Source: an uncultured virus (IMG/VR IMGVR_UViG_3300030095_006218) (lineage: Duplodnaviria > Heunggongvirae > Uroviricota > Caudoviricetes). Taken from it: a DNA stretch of 64,000 nucleotides. A program made the position numbers and the translations under genes. The notes beneath the pieces are model-generated. The model did no database searches. It had not been told where the DNA came from and saw only the letters and a program-made list of their open reading frames with translations. Below, piece by piece: positions 38,008-47,872 of the stretch; position 1 is the first letter of the stretch; each line of letters opens with the position of its first letter. The stretch lies in IMG/VR virus record IMGVR_UViG_3300030095_006218; one strand, given 5' to 3'.

Positions 38008-40441
38008 TACCACTCCCGATGTTCTTAAGTAAATAGTGCAATACTTCGTCAACTAGTTCAATATTTTCGTTTTTAGTTTTTTTAGGACTCTTAAGCCTAG
38101 AAGCTTTTCGCTCTTTCTCATTTTCTTTCTCAGCGTCAAAATTCCATGATGTTTTGCGCTTTTTACCACGTTTTCCGGTAGCTGCAGTACCTTGAATGGC
38201 CCCAACACTAGTTGACTCTTGTTGTATTGGTGCCTCTGGCTCGTCTCCGGTAACAGCTAAACTAGCTAGCTTTCTATTTTTTTCTTCTTCCTCTTCTTGT
38301 TCTTGTTCATATTCTGATTCTGTTGCTGCTTCTGCGGCTTTCTTTTGTTCTTTTTCTTCTTGGCTTTGCGCCACAAAGCCCATGTAATCTCCCAAATCGC
38401 TTAGGTCTTCAGCAGCATCTTCAACTTCTTCGGGTTCATCAAATTGTTTTCTTACCCTATCTGGAAGGCTTTCGGCCTCAAGTAAAAGTTGTGTAACCAT
38501 TCCTTCAATCATTTCACCCAAACTTATTGGTGGCGGAACTACAGTTGGTTCTTCTTCTGGTTCAGGCTCTGGTTCGGGCTCTGGTTGTTTTCTTAAGTTT
38601 CCACCAAGTGCAACGTATATATTCTGCGCAGCATCAGTGCCTCGTATATGATCTGGCATGAAGTAACTAAATTCTTCAAAATTGTCTCTTTCTATATAAG
38701 CTCTTAAGTTTGTAGCGCGAAGTCTTTCGTTAGATACAGGATGAATTACATTTGGGAACGGGTCGACGTTCAATTGTACCGGTGGTTCAGTTTGTGGTAG
38801 GTATCCAGCTGCAATATTCTTAAATCGCGCCGCATCCTCTTCTCCAGCGCCCATAAACACTACTTGACCGGGCTCAGCTTCTTCTAGCATTTCATAAGCC
38901 ATATGCATTGGATTGACTCTCTCTGATTCGCTTACAACCTTGGCTTCAATCAGTGAAACATTATTTAGTCCACCTTTTACAATGTATGTTTTCCATATTT
39001 TTGCTGCTACACCGAAATCGACTTCTTTTCCGCGAATCATGCGCTTGTTTTTATCTGCGCCATGGCCCATAAATATGAATACATGTCCATTTGAGCCAAC
39101 TTTCTTAGAAAAGCTTTCAACCATATTATAGTGACCTTTGTGTGGGGGCTTGAATCCTCCCGGCACCAATGCGATACGATCATATCTTGAACCATCCGGA
39201 ATTTCTAATCCTAATCGTTTCGAAACTTTTGCACCAGTATCTTTAGATAAGCCGGCGATTGCGCCTCCTACGCCTGTAACGATGAAATCGCCTGTAACTT
39301 TAATACGTTGTGGAGTACCAAATATGTCTTTATCAATCATAACGATACCTTCGTGAGTTTGCTCGCCCTCCATCGTAAAGAATTCTTTCGAACCTATGTT
39401 GGTTGTTAATGTACGCATTACAGCCTTACCTAAAAGAAGCGTAGCATGTGTAAAAATTGCACCATTGATTGCGGCCCAGTTGCCCTGTGGGTCACTCGGA
39501 TCAACCACATCTGATAAAGGGGCATTTTCTATTAAAAGTTTGGTATAGATAAACTTACTTTGAGCAGTTGCTGTAGGCTGCTTATAATTCTTGTCTTTTC
39601 GCAGCTTGATCACTTGTCCATATGGATTTTTCATTTCAGGGCTACGCAGCCAGCTACCAAGCGTTTTAACAATTGGTGGTTTACCGGGCTCTGTACCAAT
39701 ACGAACGCTTTCTGCTAGCTCTCTGTCATAACTTATGTCGACGTTTTCTTTTCTATATGCTCTTGTATTTTCCGGACTATATACGCCAAAACTATCCGGA
39801 GAAAAGCTATTTAGCTTATTTGCTAAACTGGCTAAAGCAGAAAATTTAGATTTTGTTAAAACAACTTCTTTTGGTACTCTAGCGTTTGATTTTGGATTTG
39901 GTGAGGGCACTCTACGATTAACGCCGTGAAAAGCAATATAGTCTTGTCCATATTTCACAACATTAACTGGCTTACCACCGGTTCTTGTCTCATTTACAAA
40001 CTCTGTATTAATAAATACAGATGGATCATTCCACATACCTAAAGTTTCTAATTCATCAGTAATTGTACCACTTTTAAGCGCGCTATTTAGCGTTCTAAGT
40101 AATATGGTACCATCAGGTACCATTCCATGACCGGGTTTTGGAAATCGCTCTTTAAGACGGTCAATGGTAATCCCTGATACGTCTATTTCCTTTTGTGAGC
40201 CGCGATCCATAGCAAATTCACGTACTGTATCTCCATCAGCAGTTTTTCGCTGGACAAGCTTAAAACTTACGTTAGTGCCGTCAAGTTTTAGTCCAATATT
40301 GCTGGGATGCTCTCTGAAATACTGATTTACTTTGCTTTGAAAGAAATCCAATAAATCCCCACCCGTTTTGATGAGATTTGGTAGTTCGAACGGGTGCGCC
40401 ATGTGGCCACCCTGTGCGGCTTCCAGTAATAGGCGCCGCAT
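37988..40441 (-). CDS. Fusion: ligase-like nucleotidyltransferase domain + HxGH cytidylyltransferase domain
   Basis: KLDGTN, INTEFV, IAFHG, EGIV, IKV; then PGGFKPPHKGH and RAT.LR. Confidence 0.65.
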   Translation of the reverse strand: MRRLLLEAAQGGHMAHPFELPNLIKTGGDLLDFFQSKVNQYFREHPSNIGLKLDGTNVSFKLVQRKTADGDTVREFAMDRGSQKEIDVSGITIDRLKERFPKPGHGMVPDGTILLRTLNSALKSGTITDELETLGMWNDPSVFINTEFVNETRTGGKPVNVVKYGQDYIAFHGVNRRVPSPNPKSNARVPKEVVLTKSKFSALASLANKLNSFSPDSFGVYSPENTRAYRKENVDISYDRELAESVRIGTEPGKPPIVKTLGSWLRSPEMKNPYGQVIKLRKDKNYKQPTATAQSKFIYTKLLIENAPLSDVVDPSDPQGNWAAINGAIFTHATLLLGKAVMRTLTTNIGSKEFFTMEGEQTHEGIVMIDKDIFGTPQRIKVTGDFIVTGVGGAIAGLSKDTGAKVSKRLGLEIPDGSRYDRIALVPGGFKPPHKGHYNMVESFSKKVGSNGHVFIFMGHGADKNKRMIRGKEVDFGVAAKIWKTYIVKGGLNNVSLIEAKVVSESERVNPMHMAYEMLEEAEPGQVVFMGAGEEDAARFKNIAAGYLPQTEPPVQLNVDPFPNVIHPVSNERLRATNLRAYIERDNFEEFSYFMPDHIRGTDAAQNIYVALGGNLRKQPEPEPEPEPEEEPTVVPPPISLGEMIEGMVTQLLLEAESLPDRVRKQFDEPEEVEDAAEDLSDLGDYMGFVAQSQEEKEQKKAAEAATESEYEQEQEEEEEKNRKLASLAVTGDEPEAPIQQESTSVGAIQGTAATGKRGKKRKTSWNFDAEKENEKERKASRLKSPKKTKNENIELVDEVLHYLLKNIGSGNGNVKP

Positions 40442-40692
40442 TAGCTTTGTCCTTCTTCTAATACTCTGACTTGCTCTTCTAGCATTTTCATGCGTTCGTT
40501 CATTCTGCGTAAGCGAAGTTTAATTTCACGCAATTGCTCCTTTGCAACAACCATTCTTCTAAGGTCTTTTGCGGAGCGGAATTTAAACGCACCTAGGGTC
40601 TCTTGCAATGCTTGCACATATGCACTGATGTCTTGGGGCTTAACCGACTCGCCCATCAAGAATCTGCGAGTCATTTTGTCTAAATCAATCAT
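40441..40692 (-). CDS. Small coiled-coil protein
   Basis: ORF in operon. Confidence 0.6.
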   Translation of the reverse strand: MIDLDKMTRRFLMGESVKPQDISAYVQALQETLGAFKFRSAKDLRRMVVAKEQLREIKLRLRRMNERMKMLEEQVRVLEEGQS

Positions 40693-40704
40693 GACTCACA
40701 CCTC

Positions 40705-42066
40705 TTATTCTGAATCAGCTTTTTTGCTCTTCGCCTTGTACTTCTCAATAACTTTACGGACAGCCTGTCTTACAAGCTCTTCCTTAAGTTGTTCCTTTTG
40801 CTCTTCGGCGGTCAAACCTTCTTGAACCATCCCACTGGGTCGACCAAACATTTTTCCCGGTTTACGGGCTGCAGCTACTCTCGGATCTGTTTTGGTAATA
40901 CCCATTCCATCGAGAGTGCGTTTGGCTAATGCTTTGTCACCGCCAAGAATTTGCGCTAGCGTATTTATCTTAATTGATGAATTTGTCTTTGGATCTGCCA
41001 ATATCTGTTTAATTATTGGAATTGCAGCTTCAAACTCTGCTGGTCCTGAAATTTTGCCAGCTACACGTGCTAAGGATGCTGCATCAGATGGTATACCCTT
41101 GGTCGATACCGCCGGCGCTTGGCCTGTACCCTTCATTTGTACAGTCGGAGCTTCTTCATAGTCCTGTTTTAACTTGGCTATGGAGTCTCCCTCTGCAGAT
41201 TGATCGAGTGCAGCTTTTGTAGCTGCCATTTGTGCGCCACGTCTCGGTACTGAGCGCCCACCACGGCTTTGGCTTGCGCGATTGCTCCGTACTCCCATTC
41301 CTCGGGGCCGTTGTTCTTCTAAAGCGTCTTCGCCGGGCTGTTCTTCGTTCTCAGCTTCTTCAAGCTCTTCCTTGCCTTCTTTCTTACCTTCTTTCTTGCC
41401 TTTTCTTAATGCAGCAAAATCTTTTGCGTCTGGCTTGCCGGTATGAGGTTCTACCACGTCTAATTCGTGCTTCTTTCCCTTTTTATCTTCCTTTTCTTCT
41501 TCAATTTCTTCGACTTCTTCAAGCTCTTCTACTGCTTCCGGCAGTCTATAACCGTATTTTTCTGTGATCAGCTTGTTTAACTGGTCATTTCTCCAATTTT
41601 TGTAAGACATAAGTGTTTCACTCCTTTCGTAATAATTAGTCTCTTGTAACTGTTGTTTCCTTTTATCTTCCCAATCTCTGAAACATAAATTGCCATTTAA
41701 GTAGGCATCCTTCTCTAAACCCCTTAAATGTGTGTTTGTTTGTGCATATCCCGGCTCTGTACTGTCAGAACCCGTGAGTCTCCCGTCACAATTTTGTGTA
41801 TGATGCACCAGTTCATGCGCTAAAGAACGCATTATATCTTTAGGGTGACGATCATCAACAAATATAGTAACGGAAAAAGACTGAGGATCATAATATGCGG
41901 TTCTTCCAAGAGCATTTTTCGCGTTTTCTGAATCTGATTGAAAGTTAATGGTTGGTGGCCTGTTGAAGCCCATTCTGCCTTTAGCATAATCTAAAAAATC
42001 CTTCACAAGCGGCATTAATTGGGATAAATCGCTCATTGAGTTGTTATTTATTGTACATTGGTCCAT
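40705..42066 (-). CDS. Putative metallopeptidase domain + low-complexity region
   Basis: LAHELVHHTQ, LEKDAY. Confidence 0.6.
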   Translation of the reverse strand: MDQCTINNNSMSDLSQLMPLVKDFLDYAKGRMGFNRPPTINFQSDSENAKNALGRTAYYDPQSFSVTIFVDDRHPKDIMRSLAHELVHHTQNCDGRLTGSDSTEPGYAQTNTHLRGLEKDAYLNGNLCFRDWEDKRKQQLQETNYYERSETLMSYKNWRNDQLNKLITEKYGYRLPEAVEELEEVEEIEEEKEDKKGKKHELDVVEPHTGKPDAKDFAALRKGKKEGKKEGKEELEEAENEEQPGEDALEEQRPRGMGVRSNRASQSRGGRSVPRRGAQMAATKAALDQSAEGDSIAKLKQDYEEAPTVQMKGTGQAPAVSTKGIPSDAASLARVAGKISGPAEFEAAIPIIKQILADPKTNSSIKINTLAQILGGDKALAKRTLDGMGITKTDPRVAAARKPGKMFGRPSGMVQEGLTAEEQKEQLKEELVRQAVRKVIEKYKAKSKKADSE

Positions 42067-42098
42067 AATACATCATTAAATAGTCTATTACAACGCAT

Positions 42099-42350
42099 TT
42101 ACGCCTCAAACACCTTTGATTTTGATATCAAGTCTAAACATATCACAGGTACTTGTTGTATATAGCCATTTTCCAATAAAGAAACGGTGGCCATGCGAAT
42201 ATCACGACCACCGCGCTTTTCTGTTAAGAATTCCACTATTAAACCGTATTTTTGTTCATTTTTGGTCAATTTACTCTCAGACCACGACACAATATCGCCT
42301 AAATCGAACTTTTCGGCCTTTTTCGAGCCAAGTGGGCTCTTTTTCTTCAT
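42099..42350 (-). CDS. Small xxGDxV-family protein
   Basis: FDLGDIVSW...GLIVE. Confidence 0.55.
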   Translation of the reverse strand: MKKKSPLGSKKAEKFDLGDIVSWSESKLTKNEQKYGLIVEFLTEKRGGRDIRMATVSLLENGYIQQVPVICLDLISKSKVFEA

Positions 42351-42538
42351 AATAACTCAATCCACGCACATATTCCTTCTCTTAAATAGTGTTTTGCCAT
42401 CTTATTGGCATTTTGAACGCTCATAGGGCCCTGTTTGTATGATTCATCGCGCTTATAAAAGCAAAAATAGGCTTTTTTCTGATGATCGGGCCAGTTAAAG
42501 TGTATTTGAGCTGATTTATCGCCTTTTATGGGCATCAT
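42347..42538 (-). CDS. Hypothetical protein
   Basis: ATGA overlaps with neighbours. Confidence 0.5.
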   Translation of the reverse strand: MMPIKGDKSAQIHFNWPDHQKKAYFCFYKRDESYKQGPMSVQNANKMAKHYLREGICAWIELL

Positions 42539-42870
42539 GAGGCCTCCAAAGCGCTTTCAATCTCTGCAACTGCGTACCCATAGGCCTCTTTCCACCCTGT
42601 ATTGGCGCAATTTTTGTACGAATGAACAAATTCTTGCAATATTTCCCTAAGATTGGACTCATTTGGCTCAATAAGTGTTAATTTGCCGCAAAAATAGTCG
42701 TGTGCCTGTCCAAATTCGACACGAAAGGTGCTTTTGTCGCGACCATCTTCCTGTGCCTGTGCACAATCACGTACAACTTTGTCATATCTGTCCATTAGAA
42801 ACTGTATTTTATCCTTAAGAGTCTTTCCGCGGATATTTCCAGTCTTACTTCTGTAAAAATCAAGTCCCAT
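42535..42870 (-). CDS. Hypothetical protein
   Basis: Start placed at MGLDFY with GGAG RBS. Confidence 0.55.
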   Translation of the reverse strand: MGLDFYRSKTGNIRGKTLKDKIQFLMDRYDKVVRDCAQAQEDGRDKSTFRVEFGQAHDYFCGKLTLIEPNESNLREILQEFVHSYKNCANTGWKEAYGYAVAEIESALEAS

Positions 42871-43186
42871 TTGATATCTCCGATATAATATCAAAAGAAT
42901 TTCTATCAATTGAATAAAATTTCCTTTGACTTAATATGTGTATAATGTATCTTCTTTTATAATATTTAGTTGATTTATAAAAGTCAAATTCAGTTAATTG
43001 TTTTTCTTCGACCAGACCTCTAGGGTCACGCCTAATTACGATGCCTACGGTACCGGTATCGATTTGTGCAGTTTTTGACCAGCCAAAGCTGTACTCAAAT
43101 GGGTATATATATCCCATTACGGTATCGCCGCCTTTTAATTTTACTAGCGCGCCGACATTCTTTAGTGGATCAAACTTTCTGGCCAT
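42860..43186 (-). CDS. Hypothetical xxGxLV-family protein
   Basis: NVGALVKLK...VGIVI. Confidence 0.55.
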   Translation of the reverse strand: MARKFDPLKNVGALVKLKGGDTVMGYIYPFEYSFGWSKTAQIDTGTVGIVIRRDPRGLVEEKQLTEFDFYKSTKYYKRRYIIHILSQRKFYSIDRNSFDIISEISNGT

Positions 43187-43198
43187 AAGTGAATATAA

Positions 43199-43609
43199 CT
43201 ATATATTCTCTCTAGATTCTGCATCTCTATACTCGGCGTGACCATCATCAAGTCCTCGATTAAAGTCGTTACTTAACTCAGCTACGGCGTCAATAAGCTT
43301 TCGCAGGTACTCTTCTGAATTAAAATCATCTGAAGGAAAGGCAGCATCAAATCCCAAGTCATACAGTACTGCCGAAAGCGGTTTTTCGGGTGCTTCAGCC
43401 TCTGGGTCATATGCACCTTCTTCGTCTGGCTCATCGTTGTATTGAGGCATGTCACCTTCATTGAAAGCACCTCTGTTCTCTTGCGCGGTATCAAAGGCGC
43501 GCTTAATTGATGCATCTAGCGACACTTTTTGCTCTGTCGGCTTCGACTCATTAAACTTGTGAAGCTCTCTTAAGACGATATTCCTCATCTTATCTCTATC
43601 CATGGCCAT
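43199..43609 (-). CDS. Acidic protein with basic helical leader
   Basis: MDRDKMRNIVLRELHKFNE. Confidence 0.6.
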   Translation of the reverse strand: MAMDRDKMRNIVLRELHKFNESKPTEQKVSLDASIKRAFDTAQENRGAFNEGDMPQYNDEPDEEGAYDPEAEAPEKPLSAVLYDLGFDAAFPSDDFNSEEYLRKLIDAVAELSNDFNRGLDDGHAEYRDAESRENI

Positions 43610-43944
43610 TATTTATTTCCTTCATCCAATTGTGGATCTAATGTTGGGGGCTCTGGCTCTGCCAAATCTGCTATTTCTTGATGTAAAGGCATTACACCTT
43701 CAAGCTTGCCCGGGTGTGCATAAAGTGCTTGTGTGATAAGCTCCCACACTTGTTCTCCATATAACTCTATAACTATGCTACGGGAAGCTTCCATATGTTC
43801 TTCATATCGCCTTTGTGCATCAGCGTGCTTCATGTTTTTGCCCGAACGAGGCTCAAGCTCAGCTACATCGACCCACTCTGAATCCATCTCTTTTAAAAGT
43901 TCTTCAGTAATAATCTCTTTAAGTTTTGATTTTGTAATTTTCAT
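43609..43944 (-). CDS. Leader-family protein
   Basis: MKITKSKLKEIITEELLKE. Confidence 0.7.
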   Translation of the reverse strand: MKITKSKLKEIITEELLKEMDSEWVDVAELEPRSGKNMKHADAQRRYEEHMEASRSIVIELYGEQVWELITQALYAHPGKLEGVMPLHQEIADLAEPEPPTLDPQLDEGNK

Positions 43945-44708
43945 TTTAAGTTTTCTCCGATCTGTCTGGGATATCTCGCTGGATAAGCATCTTTATCGGC
44001 GCTATATTTTACGGGCCCGCCATGCAGCCCTGTCTCTGGGTTCTTCTCTTTGCTAGCACCAGACCAAGACGACATATCACGTCCGCCGGTGAGGTGCCGG
44101 AGCGCGCCGAGTGTATATTTTGCAACCTCTTTGTAATTAGGTTGCTTGAAATTCTGTCTTTGTTCTGGGGTGGCTGTGGGGCGCTGGGCGCCTACATAAC
44201 GGGCGGCTTCGGAGAAAGTCTCAGCGAGTTGCACAAATACATAGTTAAGTGTCTTGTGTTCCTCCTTAGATGGGACTTCAACGTAGTCATTGCTGAATGG
44301 TTTCCCCATAGCATGGCGGCGGATGGGCTTATCCTGCTCCAGATTTTTTTGCATTCCGTTGAGGTGATAAAGAAATTCTTGCATTGGTCTCACCATCTGT
44401 TTGATGCCGGGCGAGCCTTGAACTATATAATTATTCGGTTCCTCTATCTTCTTTTTTATTTCTTCTATTTTGGATTTCCATCCGGGGATAAGTTTATTTA
44501 CAAAGTCCGCCACTATCTGATTTTCAGCCGGCAGCGCTGGTCCTTGTTGGCCGCGGGCATCATCCCACGGGTCGTCCCGGCCTATTTTCGATGCGGTGCT
44601 GTGATAATCAGCGCTCGGTATTCCCCTAGCCTCTTTTAGCTCTTCTCTCATAACTCTATTATACTCTTCTTTGATAATTTCTTTAAGTTTTGATTTTGTA
44701 ATTTTCAT
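43941..44708 (-). CDS. Leader-family protein
   Basis: MKITKSKLKEIIKEEY. Confidence 0.7.
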   Translation of the reverse strand: MKITKSKLKEIIKEEYNRVMREELKEARGIPSADYHSTASKIGRDDPWDDARGQQGPALPAENQIVADFVNKLIPGWKSKIEEIKKKIEEPNNYIVQGSPGIKQMVRPMQEFLYHLNGMQKNLEQDKPIRRHAMGKPFSNDYVEVPSKEEHKTLNYVFVQLAETFSEAARYVGAQRPTATPEQRQNFKQPNYKEVAKYTLGALRHLTGGRDMSSWSGASKEKNPETGLHGGPVKYSADKDAYPARYPRQIGENLK

Positions 44709-44709
44709 T

Positions 44710-45174
44710 TTAATAATCACTCCCGTAATCTAATCCGCGCTCTCCGCCATAAACTACAGCATCCCATGCTTCTTTACCGCGCGGATAACTAGGTGATGGC
44801 TTGCTTTTGGGCTTTGGAAGAGCTTTGATTTTCTTATTATAAGCTCTGTATGTATCCGCAATTGCCCTTAAGGTGTCGTCGACCACCTCAGACATGCGAT
44901 TCATCGCAGTATAGAATGCCATCTCGTCTTCATAGCCGGCCTTCTGAACCATCTTGTCTATCCGTTCTTGTGATAACGCCGAATAGCCACCATCCATCTT
45001 CAATTCCATGTCGCTCATTTCTTCCCATTTTGGCCAATTAGGGTCGGCAGCTTTTAATTCGGCCACCTCCACATCTCTTTGTTTGCGGAGCGCATCGACT
45101 TCGCTTGACTCGCTCATTACTTTTGCATATTCTTCTTTAATAATTTGTTTAAGCTTTTGTTTTGTAATTTTCAT
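44710..45174 (-). CDS. Leader-family protein
   Basis: MKITKQKLKQIIKEEY. Confidence 0.7.
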   Translation of the reverse strand: MKITKQKLKQIIKEEYAKVMSESSEVDALRKQRDVEVAELKAADPNWPKWEEMSDMELKMDGGYSALSQERIDKMVQKAGYEDEMAFYTAMNRMSEVVDDTLRAIADTYRAYNKKIKALPKPKSKPSPSYPRGKEAWDAVVYGGERGLDYGSDY

Positions 45175-45195
45175 GGATATATTCTTTCCCCAACT

Positions 45196-45825
45196 TCATC
45201 GACTGCTGGCAGCCAGTTCGTCCTTAGCGGTCGCCCAGAGTTCTTCAAGCGCATCCGCATTCTCAGCCGACAGGTATGGCTCATCAAAGCCGAATGCAGG
45301 CTGATCTGCTGTTTTCCGCGCTAATGCAATAATATCTTTCACACTGTGCAAAGCGTTGTTGAGCTGTTGCTTGGTGACGGAATCTTGCCTTTTCCGAAGA
45401 CTCGGATCGTCGTTCCAATTCCGTATATTTATGGTCATGTCTCTAAGCTTCCACGGAAGAGGCCCCCAGTCGTGACCGGTCGTTCGCTTGTCAAACATTT
45501 TTTGGCCCAACTTGCCTAAAACGTTATAGATGATTGCAAGGTTCTTGTGATAGGGTCTAAACAATCCCGGGGGATATTGTTGAGCGACTCTGGCATCAAC
45601 AGTTGCCTGACCGCCGGCGTTGTCCATCTGGATTTGAAAATTCCTCAAAAGGTTATGAAGGTGTTCGCCAGTTTCTTTCGCTCGGCCAGCAGCGTCTGAG
45701 GTCTCTACCTCTGCCGATGCGCTCTCTAAATCGCTCATGCTAAATGCCATCTCATCGATTGCCATTTCATTCATAACTTTTGAAAGTTCTTCTTTAATAA
45801 TTTGTTTAAGTTTTGCTTTATTCAT
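45196..45825 (-). CDS. Leader-family protein
   Basis: MNKAKLKQIIKEEL. Confidence 0.7.
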   Translation of the reverse strand: MNKAKLKQIIKEELSKVMNEMAIDEMAFSMSDLESASAEVETSDAAGRAKETGEHLHNLLRNFQIQMDNAGGQATVDARVAQQYPPGLFRPYHKNLAIIYNVLGKLGQKMFDKRTTGHDWGPLPWKLRDMTINIRNWNDDPSLRKRQDSVTKQQLNNALHSVKDIIALARKTADQPAFGFDEPYLSAENADALEELWATAKDELAASSR

Positions 45826-45854
45826 TTAATAAATCTCCTGTTATAATTAGTACT

Positions 45855-46754
45855 TTAGCAGTTACAATCCCATTTTCGTAATGATTTGTTGATTCTACTA
45901 TCCGGATCTCTTTTTCCTTTAGCTCCCGTATTTTTCTTTTTCATTCCGCACATCCTAGCACAAAATGATTTTCTTCTTTTAGCAGACTTTCCACCCTTGC
46001 TTTTTTTCGCTTGCTTGGCTGACACTGGCGCCTTCAAATCTGATCCCGGGTTTTCTTTTTCGTAGGATTTGCGACCCTTCGCATTTAAGCCACCTTCTTT
46101 ATTTTTGCCGGCTTTGCGTTGCCATGCGGCAGTCTTCTTTTCATCTAGTACTTCGCGTTGCAGAAATTCTGTACAGGTCACGGTCTCAGAAGGATCGTTT
46201 TCCAATTCTGTTAGATACTGCTCGTCCACACCTTCATCGATATCTAGAGTTTCCGGATAATCTTTATCACCGGGCTTGGCTTTCTTTTCTCCAGAGCCAG
46301 CTTTGATTCGATCTTTTTTCGCCTTAATATTCGCCCAAAGGCCCGGCTTCTTTTTACCTTTGCTCTTTTTTTTCTTCTCTAAAAATACAACCAACTCTTC
46401 TCGAATAATCTGCTCAAGATCGAATTCACCTTCTTGCACTAAGGCATCCTGCTTCATAGATTTTTTATTTCGTTTTGTAACCTCGTCATCATACTTATCC
46501 CTTACGTCATCTGCCTCTTCTTGAATGCCATAAGTCTTACATGGATCTTGGCCGCAGCCACAATTTCTTTTTTTGCCTTCCTCAAGCTCATCATTATCGG
46601 TCTGGTCTATAATTTTCTGTATGCGTTCGGCTTGGCCGGCATGCATCTCGGATGCCTTTTTAAGCTCCCCAACGATTTCTTCAAGCTCTTCTTCACGCTC
46701 TTTCGAATTAGATTCAATAAGATACTTTTTCCAATTTTTTATTATTTTATTCAT
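45855..46754 (-). CDS. Modular phage protein with very basic C-terminal domain
   Basis: MNKIIKNWKKYLIE; AWQRKAGKNKEGGLN...RRKSFCARM...SLRKWDC. Confidence 0.7.
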   Translation of the reverse strand: MNKIIKNWKKYLIESNSKEREEELEEIVGELKKASEMHAGQAERIQKIIDQTDNDELEEGKKRNCGCGQDPCKTYGIQEEADDVRDKYDDEVTKRNKKSMKQDALVQEGEFDLEQIIREELVVFLEKKKKSKGKKKPGLWANIKAKKDRIKAGSGEKKAKPGDKDYPETLDIDEGVDEQYLTELENDPSETVTCTEFLQREVLDEKKTAAWQRKAGKNKEGGLNAKGRKSYEKENPGSDLKAPVSAKQAKKSKGGKSAKRRKSFCARMCGMKKKNTGAKGKRDPDSRINKSLRKWDCNC

Positions 46755-46755
46755 T

Positions 46756-47862
46756 TTATTTTCCTTCCGGTAGACCGTTCATACACAATATAGCAACCAA
46801 TCCGGGTGCTTTCTCATTTACATATACTCCGGAGAACAATGTTTCCGTTCGTCCACCGACGTAAGATATCGCAGCATCCAAGTGCTTGCTAATATCTGGG
46901 TCATTTGCCATTTCCTCATTAACAACTAACAATAGTGCGCCAGTTGTTGGCTTTCCTTTTGGTGGAGGGCAGGGAGAGCGCTTGAGACAATCCTGTAAAA
47001 TCATTGCGCCAAGCTTGGGACTGCTCGGATCTTTAATGAGGGTAGAACCAATAAACATTCTTCCATCTGTGTGTAAACACTTTTCCAAATCCTTAGAGTC
47101 AAAAGACTGTATAGGAGATTGTTCCGAAGAAAGCTTTAGAATCTGTGTAAGCAATTTGGCAAATGCAAGATTAGCGTATGGGAACATTCCCAGCATTCCA
47201 ATCTTTCCTCGCAACAACTTGACTTGTCTTTCGTTATCAATCAATACATGCGTGTGTTCCGATACATCGTTTAAAAGCGTTAATGCGTTCTTGCTAATAG
47301 TCGGGTTAAGACACTCTTGTGCTGTCGGCCATGAGTTGATATATACAACTGTGCCTGCTGCCTGATTAGACTTCAAATATCGCTCGAAAACGTCGTGTAA
47401 GGACGCTGCAGCACTTCCAGTGCCTCCACCCCCTCCGGCCATTACAAAGAGCCAGTCAACCTTACCTAGCTTGGTTCTAAGGGCATCTTCAACTACAGCA
47501 CTGTTCTCTTCAAATACTGCCTTGCCTAATGCAACGTCCTTTCCAATTCCATCTGCGTCCGGAATCAAAACAGTGTGCTGTTCTTCTACGCCGCTTGGTA
47601 TATCCTTTGGTGTAGTATTAATTAAGAGCGTCTTGTTATATCCAACATCTAAAAAGGCTTTGGCCATTTTGCCGCCTCCGCCACCAACGCCAATAATAGC
47701 GCAGTTCAGGGATATTTCGACCTCGTTTTCTGGTAGCTGATCTTCGTTTTCAGCTTCTTCATCGTCACCGTAGTGTTCGATAAAATCAAAATCGTCCATT
47801 TCCATTATTTCCTTTTTCTCCTTCTTGGTTTTGGCTGAGCCAATAATGTCATACTCATTCAT
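46756..47862 (-). CDS. Tubulin/FtsZ-family GTPase (PhuZ/TubZ/CetZ-like)
   Basis: GVGGGGGK, INTT..D, GIGKD, AGGGGGTGS signature, IDNE, FDSKDL. Confidence 0.88.
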   Translation of the reverse strand: MNEYDIIGSAKTKKEKKEIMEMDDFDFIEHYGDDEEAENEDQLPENEVEISLNCAIIGVGGGGGKMAKAFLDVGYNKTLLINTTPKDIPSGVEEQHTVLIPDADGIGKDVALGKAVFEENSAVVEDALRTKLGKVDWLFVMAGGGGGTGSAAASLHDVFERYLKSNQAAGTVVYINSWPTAQECLNPTISKNALTLLNDVSEHTHVLIDNERQVKLLRGKIGMLGMFPYANLAFAKLLTQILKLSSEQSPIQSFDSKDLEKCLHTDGRMFIGSTLIKDPSSPKLGAMILQDCLKRSPCPPPKGKPTTGALLLVVNEEMANDPDISKHLDAAISYVGGRTETLFSGVYVNEKAPGLVAILCMNGLPEGK

Positions 47863-47872
47863 GCTTAGTATC

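Noticed and set aside
38548..38590. Short tandem repeat (PEPEPE)
   Set aside because: Ordinary low-complexity coding linker.
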